From contig CAZTDG010000003.1 in assembly GCA_964612655.1 (NCBI GenBank), forward strand, positions 1-49,318: a stretch of 49,318 nucleotides of DNA, written 5' to 3'. The position numbers and the translations under genes were made by a program. Shown piece after piece: positions 19,555 to 29,024 of this stretch. The notes beneath the pieces were generated by a model that was not told where the DNA came from, did not search any database, and saw only the letters and a program-made list of their open reading frames with translations. The number at the start of each line of letters is the position of its first letter. The stretch's first letter is position 1. This stretch comes from an uncultured Acidimicrobiales bacterium. Its GTDB lineage: Bacteria; Actinomycetota; Acidimicrobiia; Acidimicrobiales; SHLQ01.

Positions 19555-21321
19555 TTAGACGTAGTCCTTGTACTTGGCGAGGTGGCGTACCGGTGTCGAC
19601 AGTGCGTCCTTGCGGAATGGGTCGCCCAGTTCCTTGGTGCACATGATCTCGATGACGGTGGTCTTGCCGTTCGTCATCTGGGCGTCGATCGCGGCCTGCA
19701 GCGCTGGCCCGACCTGGGAGATGTCGTCGACGCGCACTCCCTCGGCGCCCATCGATTGAGCGATCTCGGCGTAGTTCTCACCGCCGTCGAGCTCACCAGC
19801 GACGAAGCGACGTCCGTAGAAGTCGACCTGGTTCTTCTTCTCGGCGCCCCACTGGCGGTTGTGGAACACGATCGAAGTGACGGGGATGTCATGGCGAACA
19901 GCGGTCATGACCTCGGTCATGCTCATCGCCCATGCGCCGTCACCGGCGTAGGAGACCGCAGGACGGTCCGGCGCGGCGGCCTTCGCTCCAATGATGGTCG
20001 GCAGTGCGTAACCGCAGTTACCCCAGCTCATCGCGGCGAAGAAGCTGCGAGGCTCTTCGAAACGCAGGTAGCTGTTGGCGACCGAGTTGATGTTTCCGAT
20101 GTCGGTAGACACCATCACCCGAGGCGGCATGGCCTTCTCCAACTCGCGAAGCACCTGACGAGGATGCAACCAGTTGCCCGGCTCCTCTTCGGCTTCGGCG
20201 ATCATCTGCATCGAGAACTCGTCCTTCTCGTGGATCCACTCGTCGAGCTCGGCTTCCCACGCCTCCTTCTCGGCCTGAGTCGTGGCCGCACGCTCGTCCT
20301 TGGTGGCGTCACACTTCAACTCACGATCGGCGAGCCGTTCGAGAAGCGCTGTGGCGGCCTGCCCGGCGTCGCCGTGGATAGCCACGGTTACCGGCTTTAC
20401 GAGGCCGAGCATGGTGTGATCGGCGTCGACCTGAATGATCTTGGCGTCGGTCGGCCAGTAGTCCATATCGTGCTGAGGAAGCGTGCCGAATGGGCCGAGG
20501 CGAGTGCCGAGTGCGAGAACCACGTCGGCCTTGTTGATCAGCTTCATTGCGGCCTTGGAACCCTGGTAGCCGAGCGGTCCAGTCCACTGCGCATGGCTGG
20601 CCGGGAAGCTGTCGTTGTGCAGATAGGTGTTGCAGACCGGGCCACCGAGGCGTTCAGCGAGCGCAATGCACTCGTCCATCGCGTCGCCCATGACGACGCC
20701 GCCGCCGCTGAGCAGCACGGGAAATTCAGCCTCGGCGAGCAGATCGGCCGCCGCATCAAGACTGGCCGCTCCGCCAGGACCACGGTCGAGACGTGTTGGT
20801 TGTGGAACGTCGACGTCGATGTCGCCATAGAACCGGTCGCGAGGGATGTTGATCTGGGTCGGGCCCATGTCGGAGATGGCACGATCGAAAGCGCGTGCGG
20901 TGATCTCGGCCATGCGCTTCTCGTTGTCGATCTGGCCCTGGTACTTCGTGAACTCTTCGAACATCGGGAGCTGGTTGGCCTCTTGGAAACCGCCCAAGCC
21001 GATGCCGCCCGAGCCGGTCTGTGGCGTCACGATGACGACCGGAGAATGCGCCCAGAACGCTGCTGCGATCGCAGTGACGCAGTTGGAGATGCCGGGACCG
21101 TTCTGCCCGATCACGACACCGTGGCGACCCGATACGCGGGCGTAACCGTCGGCCATGTGCGCAGCACCCTGCTCGTGCACGACCGGAACGAGACGGATAC
21201 CGGCCGGGGCGAAGATATCCATGGCGTCCATAAACGCCGAGCCCATGATGCCAAAGGTGGTGTCCACCTCATTGGCCACGAGCGTCTCAACAAATGCCTC
21301 ACTTGGCGTCATGCGGGTCAT
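19555..21321 (-). CDS. xsc: Sulfoacetaldehyde acetyltransferase (TPP-dependent)
   Basis: 588 aa. The N-terminus MTPSEAFVETLVANEVDTTFGIMGSAFMDAMDIFAPAGIRL..HEQGAAHMADGYARVSG matches my memory of Gram-positive Xsc. TPP motif GDGAW...N. Strong RBS GAGGAGGA 6 nt before ATG 21321. pta and tauABC in the same window support the call. Confidence 0.8.
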   Translation of the reverse strand: MTRMTPSEAFVETLVANEVDTTFGIMGSAFMDAMDIFAPAGIRLVPVVHEQGAAHMADGYARVSGRHGVVIGQNGPGISNCVTAIAAAFWAHSPVVIVTPQTGSGGIGLGGFQEANQLPMFEEFTKYQGQIDNEKRMAEITARAFDRAISDMGPTQINIPRDRFYGDIDVDVPQPTRLDRGPGGAASLDAAADLLAEAEFPVLLSGGGVVMGDAMDECIALAERLGGPVCNTYLHNDSFPASHAQWTGPLGYQGSKAAMKLINKADVVLALGTRLGPFGTLPQHDMDYWPTDAKIIQVDADHTMLGLVKPVTVAIHGDAGQAATALLERLADRELKCDATKDERAATTQAEKEAWEAELDEWIHEKDEFSMQMIAEAEEEPGNWLHPRQVLRELEKAMPPRVMVSTDIGNINSVANSYLRFEEPRSFFAAMSWGNCGYALPTIIGAKAAAPDRPAVSYAGDGAWAMSMTEVMTAVRHDIPVTSIVFHNRQWGAEKKNQVDFYGRRFVAGELDGGENYAEIAQSMGAEGVRVDDISQVGPALQAAIDAQMTNGKTTVIEIMCTKELGDPFRKDALSTPVRHLAKYKDYV

Positions 21322-21399
21322 CGAAATCCTCCTCAGTTTCCCGACGGGACTCGCCGGGCTCTACGAGCTGCGCTCAGGTTATACCTTCTAACTGCATCA

Positions 21400-21416
21400 A
21401 TTCCACATCGTGGAAT
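21400..21416. promoter_or_regulatory. Perfect dyad ATTCCAC-ATC-GTGGAAT in xsc / iclR divergent region (candidate IclR operator)
   Basis: 7-nt arms are exact reverse complements. The dyad lies between the xsc start (21321) and the iclR-like start (21472), in a locally AT-richer stretch. Confidence 0.55.
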
Positions 21417-21471
21417 GGGTATTCTACATTTGACAGTGGGGCGTTTCGTCCAACAACTCACCACCCCTGGT

Positions 21472-22257
21472 ATGACCCAAACTTCCTCCTCCAATTCAGC
21501 GTCCACGAACGGATCTGGCACACAGGCCATCGACCGAGCGCTGCAGGTGCTGTCGAGCTTCGTCGAACACGGTGATCAAGGCATCAGCGACATCGCTGCC
21601 CAGAGCGGACTCAGCCCGAGCACCGTTCATCGCATCGTCCGAGCGTTGGTCAACAACGGGTTCCTCGAACAAGACGCGGAGACCGATCGCTACCACTTGG
21701 GTCACGCCGCCCACGTCCTAGGCGAGAGCGCCCGAGAGTCGTGGAGCTTCGACCGAGCGCTTCCGATCCTCGAACGACTCGGTTCGATCACGGGCGAAAG
21801 CGTCAACCTCGGCATTCTCGACGGCTCCGAGGTGGTGGTCATCATGCGTGTCGAATCCGTGCAGCCGCTTCGCTTCGACCAACCGCCCGGCTCGCGCATT
21901 TCGGTCCATTGCTCGTCCATGGGCAAAGCCCTCATGGCCCACGCCGACGAGCTACCCATGATCGCCTTCACCGCGGTTACCCCCTCAACGATCACCTCCG
22001 CACGCGCCTACCGAAAAGATCTTGCTACCGTTCGGGAACGTGGATTCAGCACCGATCATGAAGAGAGCATCCCAGGCGTGAGTTGCGTCGCAACAGCTAT
22101 CCGCGACGCCACTGGCCGCGCTGTGGCAGCGATCGCGGTGCAGGGCCCCACCGTTCGCATGACCGCCGAACGCATGGCCACGATCGGCGGGCAGCTCCAC
22201 GAGTCGGCAGCCGACATTCAGAAGGCTCTCGGGCTCGAGCAACGAATACATGGTTGA
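21472..22257 (+). CDS. IclR-family transcriptional regulator
   Basis: C-terminal 261 aa of track ORF 19372-22257: QAIDRALQVLSSFVEHGDQGISDIAAQSGLSPSTVHRIVRALVNNGFLEQD (wHTH) plus an IclR effector domain (...SVNLGILDG..VVVI...GKALMAH...RGFSTDHEE...GVSCVATAI). The alternative ATG 21415 would overlap the dyad. Confidence 0.85.
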   Translation: MTQTSSSNSASTNGSGTQAIDRALQVLSSFVEHGDQGISDIAAQSGLSPSTVHRIVRALVNNGFLEQDAETDRYHLGHAAHVLGESARESWSFDRALPILERLGSITGESVNLGILDGSEVVVIMRVESVQPLRFDQPPGSRISVHCSSMGKALMAHADELPMIAFTAVTPSTITSARAYRKDLATVRERGFSTDHEESIPGVSCVATAIRDATGRAVAAIAVQGPTVRMTAERMATIGGQLHESAADIQKALGLEQRIHG

Positions 22258-25042
22258 TGGTCCACTCGAGATAGGCGGCCGGGCAGCGGTCCGCCGCGAC
22301 CTTGCGACCCGATCGGTGTATGCCACCGACAACTCGATCTACCAGATCGAACCGGCCGCTGTGGCCGTCCCCACGTCCGCGGTACAAGTCGCACAGCTTC
22401 TTGCTGACAACGCACAGCGACCCCAACCCCTCCCCGTCGCGGCTCGGGGAGGTGGAACGGGCACGAACGGCCAAAGCCTCACCGACGGCTTGATGATCGA
22501 CTTGAAGCGACACATGCATGCGATCGTGCGCATCGACCCCGATCGACAACTCGCCGAGGTTGAGCCGGGCGTGGTGGCAGGAGCGCTTAACAGTGCGTTG
22601 CGAGAACACGGCCTCTTCTGGGCTCCGCATACCTCAACACTGAATCGAGCCACGGTCGGCGGGATGATCGCCACCGACGCCGCTGGCAAGGGCTCACTCA
22701 TCCATGGCCGAACACATCGCCACGTTGAGGCCCTGGAGGTGTGTTTGGCCGATGGGTCGACCTTCACTGCCGAAGCGGTCCCCATCGACGAGGCCGAGCG
22801 CCGGGCAGCTGCAGGCGGAACCGCAGGTGCGATCTGGCGTGCGCTTCTCGATCTCCCCATCGCCGAGGACCACGACTTCGCCCTCCCCGAACTCGCCCGC
22901 GGCTTCAGCGGCTACGGCATCGACCGCTTGCGTCGAGACGGCATACTCGATCCCCTCGCACTGCTCGTAGGTGCCGAAGGAACGCTCGGCATCGTCACCA
23001 AGGCAACCCTGCGCCTTACACCCATTCCCACGCACACGGCCCTGCTCATTGCGGGCTACCCGAGTTTCGACGACGCACTTCGCGCCGCGATCGATCTACG
23101 TCCCCTGCAGCCGAGTGCGATCGAGTGCCTCGACGAACGAACCGTCGCCGCGGCTCGCCAGACCCAAACATGGGACACCCTGGGATTGACCTCTGACGGC
23201 GACGCACACGCGCTGCTGTTCCTCGAGTTCGACAGCACTTCAGAGATCGATTCCGCTGCACTCCACAACGCCATCACTGACGTCGGGCGCACCACGGGAG
23301 TCACCACAATCGACGACGACCTGCGTGCGGCCGCATGGCGAGTGCGGGCCGATGCCGTAGGCCTCGTCGCCAAGGTGAAAGCGGCGGGTGGCGTCACGAA
23401 GGCACAACCGGTCGCGATGGTCGAAGACTGCGCGGTCCCCGTTGAGCAGATGCCCGAGTTCATCGACGAGTTCCGCCAGCTTCTCGATCGTCATGGACTC
23501 ACCTACGCCATGTACGGACACGCTGACGTCGGTTGTGTACACGTTCGCCCGGCCCTCGACCTGACCGATCCCGCCCACGAAGCCCTGGTCGGAACGATCA
23601 CCAACGAGGTTGTCGAACTCGTTGCCTCTCGAGGCGGAATTTTGTGGGGCGAACACGGCCGAGGGTTTCGAGGCGAAGCTTCGCAACGACTGCTCTCCGC
23701 CGAGACGATCGACCTCATGGAACAGGTCAAGTCGATCTTTGACCCCACCGACATCATGAACCCGGGCAAGCTCTATCGACCGAGCGGGAGCGAACGTCCT
23801 CTCACCAAGGTCACCGAGGCTCCGACTCGGGGCGAACGCAACCGCGAGATACCCGTCGGCATTCGCCACGAGTTCGACGACGCCTTTGCCTGCAACGGCA
23901 ACGGGGTGTGCCAGCAACACTCCGCTAGCGAGATCATGTGTCCGTCGTACACCGCGACCGGTGACCCTGCCCTCTCCCCCAAGGGTCGAGCGGATCTACT
24001 GCGCACCTATCTCTCTCGACCAACCCAGGACGAGGATCCGCTCGCCGATGCGATCGCGGAGAACCTCAATCAGTGCTTGAGTTGTGCTGCGTGCGCGACG
24101 GGCTGCCCGGTCGAGGTCAATATCCCTGAGCTCAAGAGCCGGTTCTTCGCTCGCTACTACGAGGATCACTCACGCCCTCGGGCTCATCGGTTGCTGAGCC
24201 GATTCGAGACGTTGGCAAGCCTCGCCCCCAAGTCCCCGACCCTCGCTCGCTATGGCGCCAAGCCCGCTCGCAGCACCCTCGGCCTGGTCGACCTGCCAGA
24301 ACCCAAAGCCCCCACCGTCGCTCTTGACGTCGCGGAGTTCCACCATCGCAAGAATCCTGGGCCCTTTGATGTTGTCGTACTCCCCGATGTTTTCACGGCG
24401 CGCCTTGAGCCCGACACCATGCGGGTCGCAATCCAGGTTCTTTCCCGCCTGGGTCTGAAGGTGGCGGTCGCGCCGTTCGTTCCGTCCGGAAAGTTCGACC
24501 ACGTCACCGGGCAGCGCAAGCGGTTCGCATCGGCGGTTCGTTCCCAAGCCAAGCTCGTCGAGTCGATCCTTTCGGCCGGGGCGACGCCGGTAGCGATCGA
24601 ACCAGCCACCGCCCTATTACATAGCCACGACTACCCCACCTTTGACACGCAGTACCCGGCCCAGGTGTTGCATCTGGTCGATGTGCTGCATGAACACCTC
24701 GACCAACTCAGCGAGCACCCGGCCGGACAGGGCCAGGAAGTGACCCTCCTCGGCCACTGCACGGAACGAGCGCTACGCCCCGAGTCGATTCAGAAATGGA
24801 CCGAGGTCCTCAACGCGGTCGGTTACCACTGCACGGTTCCCGATCTCGGGTGTTGCGGCATGGCGGGCATCTTCGGCCACCAGTTAGAGAACCAGACGAT
24901 CTCGCGCACGTTGTGGAACGCGGGCTGGGATGGCGCGGCTCGACAACCTCTGCCGGTAGCTACTGGCTATTCGTGTCGCTCTCAGGCAGCACGTTTCTCC
25001 TACTCCACACCCCCGCACCCGGTGCACTTGCTCGACACGTAG
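22250..25042 (+). CDS. FAD-linked oxidase fused to Fe-S and CCG (GlcF/HdrD-like) domains; YdiJ-like 2-hydroxy-acid dehydrogenase family
   Basis: 930 aa. N-terminal FAD_binding_4-type domain (AVAVPTSAVQVAQLL...ARGGGTG), a GlcD-like middle (GHADVGCVHVRPALD, WGEHGRGFRG), a ferredoxin motif CLSCAACATGCP, and a C-terminal CCG motif LGCCGMAGIFG. Its ATG 22250 overlaps the iclR stop by 8 nt. Confidence 0.8.
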   Translation: MVDGPLEIGGRAAVRRDLATRSVYATDNSIYQIEPAAVAVPTSAVQVAQLLADNAQRPQPLPVAARGGGTGTNGQSLTDGLMIDLKRHMHAIVRIDPDRQLAEVEPGVVAGALNSALREHGLFWAPHTSTLNRATVGGMIATDAAGKGSLIHGRTHRHVEALEVCLADGSTFTAEAVPIDEAERRAAAGGTAGAIWRALLDLPIAEDHDFALPELARGFSGYGIDRLRRDGILDPLALLVGAEGTLGIVTKATLRLTPIPTHTALLIAGYPSFDDALRAAIDLRPLQPSAIECLDERTVAAARQTQTWDTLGLTSDGDAHALLFLEFDSTSEIDSAALHNAITDVGRTTGVTTIDDDLRAAAWRVRADAVGLVAKVKAAGGVTKAQPVAMVEDCAVPVEQMPEFIDEFRQLLDRHGLTYAMYGHADVGCVHVRPALDLTDPAHEALVGTITNEVVELVASRGGILWGEHGRGFRGEASQRLLSAETIDLMEQVKSIFDPTDIMNPGKLYRPSGSERPLTKVTEAPTRGERNREIPVGIRHEFDDAFACNGNGVCQQHSASEIMCPSYTATGDPALSPKGRADLLRTYLSRPTQDEDPLADAIAENLNQCLSCAACATGCPVEVNIPELKSRFFARYYEDHSRPRAHRLLSRFETLASLAPKSPTLARYGAKPARSTLGLVDLPEPKAPTVALDVAEFHHRKNPGPFDVVVLPDVFTARLEPDTMRVAIQVLSRLGLKVAVAPFVPSGKFDHVTGQRKRFASAVRSQAKLVESILSAGATPVAIEPATALLHSHDYPTFDTQYPAQVLHLVDVLHEHLDQLSEHPAGQGQEVTLLGHCTERALRPESIQKWTEVLNAVGYHCTVPDLGCCGMAGIFGHQLENQTISRTLWNAGWDGAARQPLPVATGYSCRSQAARFSYSTPPHPVHLLDT

Positions 25043-25054
25043 AGCCGCACGAGT

Positions 25055-25708
25055 GTGCCTTATCGCACCACCGTGCATCGGTTCGACCCCAGCTATGGTG
25101 AAGAGGACCGACGAAGGGGCGCCGTGGCGCAAATAGAACGAGCAGCACGACCGCAACTCGACACCGAGCTGGTTGTGCACACGGCGGCCATGATCGCTGA
25201 CGCTGAAGGACTCGACGCAGTCACGTTGACCCGAGTCGCTCGCGAGTTCGACATCTCTCAGCCGGCGCTCTACCGCCACGTTGAGGGCTATGACGATCTG
25301 TTGCGCCATCTCAGTCTCGCCGGCCGCATGTTGCTCGCGGAACGATTGAGCGCAGCTGCCGTGGGTATGAGCGGCGTGGATGCCATCCGGGCCATGGGTG
25401 GCGCGTGGCGAGACGCCGTGCGTGAACGCCCCGGGATTATGGCAGCGACCGACCGATACCCGTGCGCCGACGACGCCGAACTTGAAGGCGCGGTCGAGGC
25501 GATCGTCGAGACACTCGCACTGGCACTCGCCAGCTATGACCTGTCCCCAGATGACCAGGTGCACGCAGCTCGCGCACTGCGCAGTGCGTTCCACGGGTTC
25601 GCACATCTTGAGGCGGGCGACGGTCACCCTCGCCCTCATGACCTCGACGATACGTTCGAGCACATCATCGACATCTTGCATCGCGGTATCGAGCGCCTAG
25701 CTCGATAG
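25055..25708 (+). CDS. TetR/AcrR-family transcriptional regulator
   Basis: HTH LDAVTLTRVAREFDISQPALYRHVEGYDDLL followed by a helical C-terminal domain. GTG start 25055; an internal start is possible. Confidence 0.8.
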   Translation: MPYRTTVHRFDPSYGEEDRRRGAVAQIERAARPQLDTELVVHTAAMIADAEGLDAVTLTRVAREFDISQPALYRHVEGYDDLLRHLSLAGRMLLAERLSAAAVGMSGVDAIRAMGGAWRDAVRERPGIMAATDRYPCADDAELEGAVEAIVETLALALASYDLSPDDQVHAARALRSAFHGFAHLEAGDGHPRPHDLDDTFEHIIDILHRGIERLAR

Positions 25709-25719
25709 CGCGGACTGGC

Positions 25720-26184
25720 TTAGCTCTTCGGGGGCTTCGATTCCGCGAGGGTGGCAATAATCGAGTCGAGCTTCTCTTCCAGGCGTCGGATTTCTTCCTG
25801 GTTGTGCAGCGTTGCGTGAAAGGCCTCTTCGTCGCGCAAGCGATCGCGTTGGGCGGAGCGACGTTGTGAGATCAAGATCAGCGGAGCCTGGAGCGCTGCA
25901 ACCGTTGCCAACGCTGCGCTGAGCACGGCCCACACAATGACCGGAAAGGGCTCGAAGGGGCGAACGAAGACGTTGATCAGGATCCAGCCAACAACGCCGG
26001 AAGACACGATTGCGGGGAACATGCCAGACGCGACGTGGGCAGCTGTCCACATGGCGGCCCGCTCGGTACGCCCGTCCTTGGGCGGCGTCCATCGAGTGAG
26101 ATTCGCTCCACACTTAGGGCAGGCGGGATCAGATACAGGCCAGTCCGTCATAGAGACATACTGATCGCAATCCGTGCTCGACAA
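25720..26184 (-). CDS. DUF1003-family membrane protein with N-terminal zinc-ribbon-like CPKC motif
   Basis: Two TM helices followed by LQAPLILISQRRSAQRDRLRDEEAFHATLHNQEEIRRLEEKLD, which is typical of DUF1003. The start is 18 nt after the pta stop. Confidence 0.65.
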   Translation of the reverse strand: MSSTDCDQYVSMTDWPVSDPACPKCGANLTRWTPPKDGRTERAAMWTAAHVASGMFPAIVSSGVVGWILINVFVRPFEPFPVIVWAVLSAALATVAALQAPLILISQRRSAQRDRLRDEEAFHATLHNQEEIRRLEEKLDSIIATLAESKPPKS

Positions 26185-26202
26185 AAAATGCGGAGTGCTG
26201 AA

Positions 26203-27123
26203 TTAACCAGCTCTGCCCGACGCTTGAAGCGACGCGATCACCGCGACGTTGACCATGTCCTCGACCGAAGCTCCACGTGAAAGGTCGTGCAGCACGCCAG
26301 CTACACCTTGGAGGAGCGGCCCGAAAGCCTGCGCCCCGCCGATGCGCTCGGCGATCTTGTAGGCGATGTTTCCGGAGTTGAGATCCGGGAAGATGAACAC
26401 ATTGGCATGCCCGGCAACATCTGAGTCCGGCGCCTTGCGTTCACCCACAGAGGGCACGAACGCCGCGTCGAACTGCATTTCACCATCCACGGCGAGATCA
26501 GGGGCGAGGCTGCGCACGATGTCGGTCGCCTGGAGTACCTCGTCCACCAGTGGATGCTGAGCGCTCCCCTTCGTGGAGAACGACAACATGGCTACCCGAG
26601 GCTCGTCGCCGGTGAGCTCGGCGTAGGTGGCGGCCGAGGAGATGGCGACCGACGCGAGTTGTTCGGGGTCGGGGTCGGGAAGGACGCCGGAGTCGCCGAA
26701 GGCGATCGGTCGGCCGTCGTCGAGGATCATCAGCATCGAGCTGCTGATCACCGATACGTCGGGCGCTACGCCGATCAGGTGAATGCCTGCTCGCAGAACA
26801 TCGGCAGTGGGGCGGCTCGCTCCCGCAACACACGCATCAGCCTCACCGACGCGCACCATCAATGCGGCGACATGAAGCGGGTCGTCTAGATCGGCACGCT
26901 CTAGCTCTTCGCCAGCAGCGATAACCGCTGGTGTGCGAACGGCGTCGAGGTCGTCGACCAGGATCGGTTCTGCGAGGCCGCGATCGGTTAGCTCACGAGC
27001 AGCATCAACAGCCCGCTGATCGCCGGCATCGGCGAGTACCACTCGCCGAGGCGCCGCGGCTGCCTGCTCGAACCAACGAGCTTGCACGTCGTCATTTTTC
27101 TGTGGACCGTCAGCATGCGTCAT
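26203..27123 (-). CDS. pta: Phosphate acetyltransferase (short, catalytic-domain-only form)
   Basis: 306 aa. PTA_PTB-type blocks: RVVLADAGDQRAVDAAREL..GLAEPILV, MLSFSTKGSAQHPLVD, ANVFIFPDLNSGNIAYKIAERIGGAQAFGPLLQG. Confidence 0.85.
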   Translation of the reverse strand: MTHADGPQKNDDVQARWFEQAAAAPRRVVLADAGDQRAVDAARELTDRGLAEPILVDDLDAVRTPAVIAAGEELERADLDDPLHVAALMVRVGEADACVAGASRPTADVLRAGIHLIGVAPDVSVISSSMLMILDDGRPIAFGDSGVLPDPDPEQLASVAISSAATYAELTGDEPRVAMLSFSTKGSAQHPLVDEVLQATDIVRSLAPDLAVDGEMQFDAAFVPSVGERKAPDSDVAGHANVFIFPDLNSGNIAYKIAERIGGAQAFGPLLQGVAGVLHDLSRGASVEDMVNVAVIASLQASGRAG

Positions 27124-27156
27124 GTCCGCTATCTGACCACAGATTCCGGTAGTAGG

Positions 27157-28155
27157 TCAGCCTTTACCGCGCCATGGGATAAGTCGGGTCTCAAGCCATC
27201 GAAGTATGACGTCGAGAAGTACGCCGAGCACTGCAATCACGATGATGCCTACGACCACCACGTCGAGCCGGAAGAAGGGTCGAGCCGCGAAGATCATTGC
27301 GCCGAGCCCGGTCGGAGCGCCGACAAGTTCAGCTGCCACCAAGGTTCCCCACGAGACACCCATCGCCACCCGGAAGCCGGTGAAGAGTTCAGGGAGTGCG
27401 TTGGGCAGCAACACCTTGGTAAGAACCTGACGCTTCGACGCACCGAGTGAGTACGCAGCGCGAACCTTGGAGAGGTTTGCCGCCTGCACCCCAGAGCGTG
27501 CCGCGATGATCATGATCCAAACGCTTGCAAAGATGAGCAGGCGAACGGCAGTGCCGTCGCCAATGCCGAACACGAGGATGAACAACGGGAGCAGAGCAAG
27601 CGGTGGGATCGGACGGAACATCTCGACTGGAGTATCGAAGAACCCTCGAGCGATGCTGGACAGACCCATTGAAAATCCGACCGGGATGCCAATCAACGAG
27701 CCCCAGAACATGCCGCGGATAACACGCCACAGACTTATTCGTGTGTGTTCCACCAGGGTCGCGTCCTTGAAACCCTCATCGTTTAGGACGAAGAAGGTAT
27801 CCCAGGTGTCACGGATCGATGGGAACTGCAGCGGGCCAAGCAGTTGACTGAAGGAGTCGTTGCAGTCGCATGCGGCGATGCGCAACTTGTCGGACAGCTC
27901 AGGGTCGTTGAACTCCTCTGGAAATCCCCAGGCGAAGGTTGCGACGAACCAGAACCCGATGAGCGACACGAGGGAGATAAGGCTCCATACCGGAAGGCTG
28001 CGAACTGCCGAGGAATCGCCGAAGGTGACTGTCTTGCGGTCACTGCGCTTGCCCCGGTTGAAGAAACCAAACGATGAGCTCCGCCCGGCCTTATCCGCAA
28101 GCGCGAGTGTGTCGCCATCTTGGACGCCAATACCTGCTCCGTACGAACCTCCCAT
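27157..28155 (-). CDS. tauC: NitT/TauT-family ABC transporter permease
   Basis: BPD-transport core ...SLGASKRQVLTKVLLPNALPELFTGFRVAMGVSWGTLVAAE (EAA-loop type) with multiple TM helices. Its ATG overlaps the tauB TGA by 1 nt (TGATG at 28157-28153). Confidence 0.8.
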   Translation of the reverse strand: MGGSYGAGIGVQDGDTLALADKAGRSSSFGFFNRGKRSDRKTVTFGDSSAVRSLPVWSLISLVSLIGFWFVATFAWGFPEEFNDPELSDKLRIAACDCNDSFSQLLGPLQFPSIRDTWDTFFVLNDEGFKDATLVEHTRISLWRVIRGMFWGSLIGIPVGFSMGLSSIARGFFDTPVEMFRPIPPLALLPLFILVFGIGDGTAVRLLIFASVWIMIIAARSGVQAANLSKVRAAYSLGASKRQVLTKVLLPNALPELFTGFRVAMGVSWGTLVAAELVGAPTGLGAMIFAARPFFRLDVVVVGIIVIAVLGVLLDVILRWLETRLIPWRGKG

Positions 28156-28958
28156 CAGCTGGCCTCCGATCGGCCCATGATTTCTTCTTCCATCTCCCAG
28201 ATGATCGAGAGGATCTCTTCACGCTTGGATGCGAACTCCGGCGATGCTTTGAGCTCGCGTGAGTCGGTCGTCAGACCAGCTTCGGCGAACGGCAGCTCGT
28301 AGTCGCTGTGAATGCGCCCAGGTCGGGGAGCCATCACGAAGAGCCGGTCGCCGAGATACAGCGCCTCTTCGACACTGTGGGTCACGAGGATGACCGTCTT
28401 GCCGGTGGTCTTCCACAGGTCGAGGATGAGGCTCTGCATCTTCTCTCGGGTGAGCGCATCGAGCGCTCCCAGAGGCTCATCCATCAAGATCACGTCGGGG
28501 TCGTTTGCGAGGCATCGGGCCAAGGCCACGCGCTGTTGCATACCCCCTGACAGCTCGTAGACCATTTGCTTGCCGAAGCCGCCGAGACCGACGATCTCGA
28601 GCAGCTCATCAACGCGACGCTGGGTCTCGGCCTTGTTCGCCCGATTCATCTTCGGACCGAACGCAATGTTCTTCTCGACGGTCAGCCATTCGAACAATGC
28701 GCCCTGTTGAAAAACCATCCCGCGCTCTTGGCCAGGTCCTCTGATGAGGTCGCCGCCAAGCTGGACCGTTCCACCGGTTGGGGAGAGAAAGCCAGCGAGA
28801 ATATTGAGCAACGTCGTCTTGCCGCAGCCCGATGGTCCAAGCAAGGTCAGCAGGCGTCCGGCTTTGAGGTCGAAGCTCACATTGCTCAAGGCGTAGACGT
28901 CGTCACCGCCGGGAACCTCATATGTCATCGTGACGTTGTCGACCGAAAGGTCTTTCAT
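28155..28958 (-). CDS. tauB: NitT/TauT-family ABC transporter ATP-binding protein
   Basis: Walker A GPSGCGKTT, signature LSGGMQQRVALAR, Walker B ILMDEPLGALD. Confidence 0.9.
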   Translation of the reverse strand: MKDLSVDNVTMTYEVPGGDDVYALSNVSFDLKAGRLLTLLGPSGCGKTTLLNILAGFLSPTGGTVQLGGDLIRGPGQERGMVFQQGALFEWLTVEKNIAFGPKMNRANKAETQRRVDELLEIVGLGGFGKQMVYELSGGMQQRVALARCLANDPDVILMDEPLGALDALTREKMQSLILDLWKTTGKTVILVTHSVEEALYLGDRLFVMAPRPGRIHSDYELPFAEAGLTTDSRELKASPEFASKREEILSIIWEMEEEIMGRSEAS

Positions 28959-29024
28959 CCATCCCCCTGCATCACTGCTTGCCTCTTGAATCGCTGCGCC
29001 CGCCCCAAAGTGGGACGGACATGA

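Noticed and set aside
19372-21414. First ~680 codons of the 961-aa + strand ORF 19372-22257.
   Set aside because: It is antisense to the well-supported xsc gene and spans the non-coding gap. Its composition is Arg/Gly/Val/Asp-rich nonsense, typical of shadow ORFs in GC-rich DNA. Only the last ~261 aa (from 21472) carry IclR motifs.
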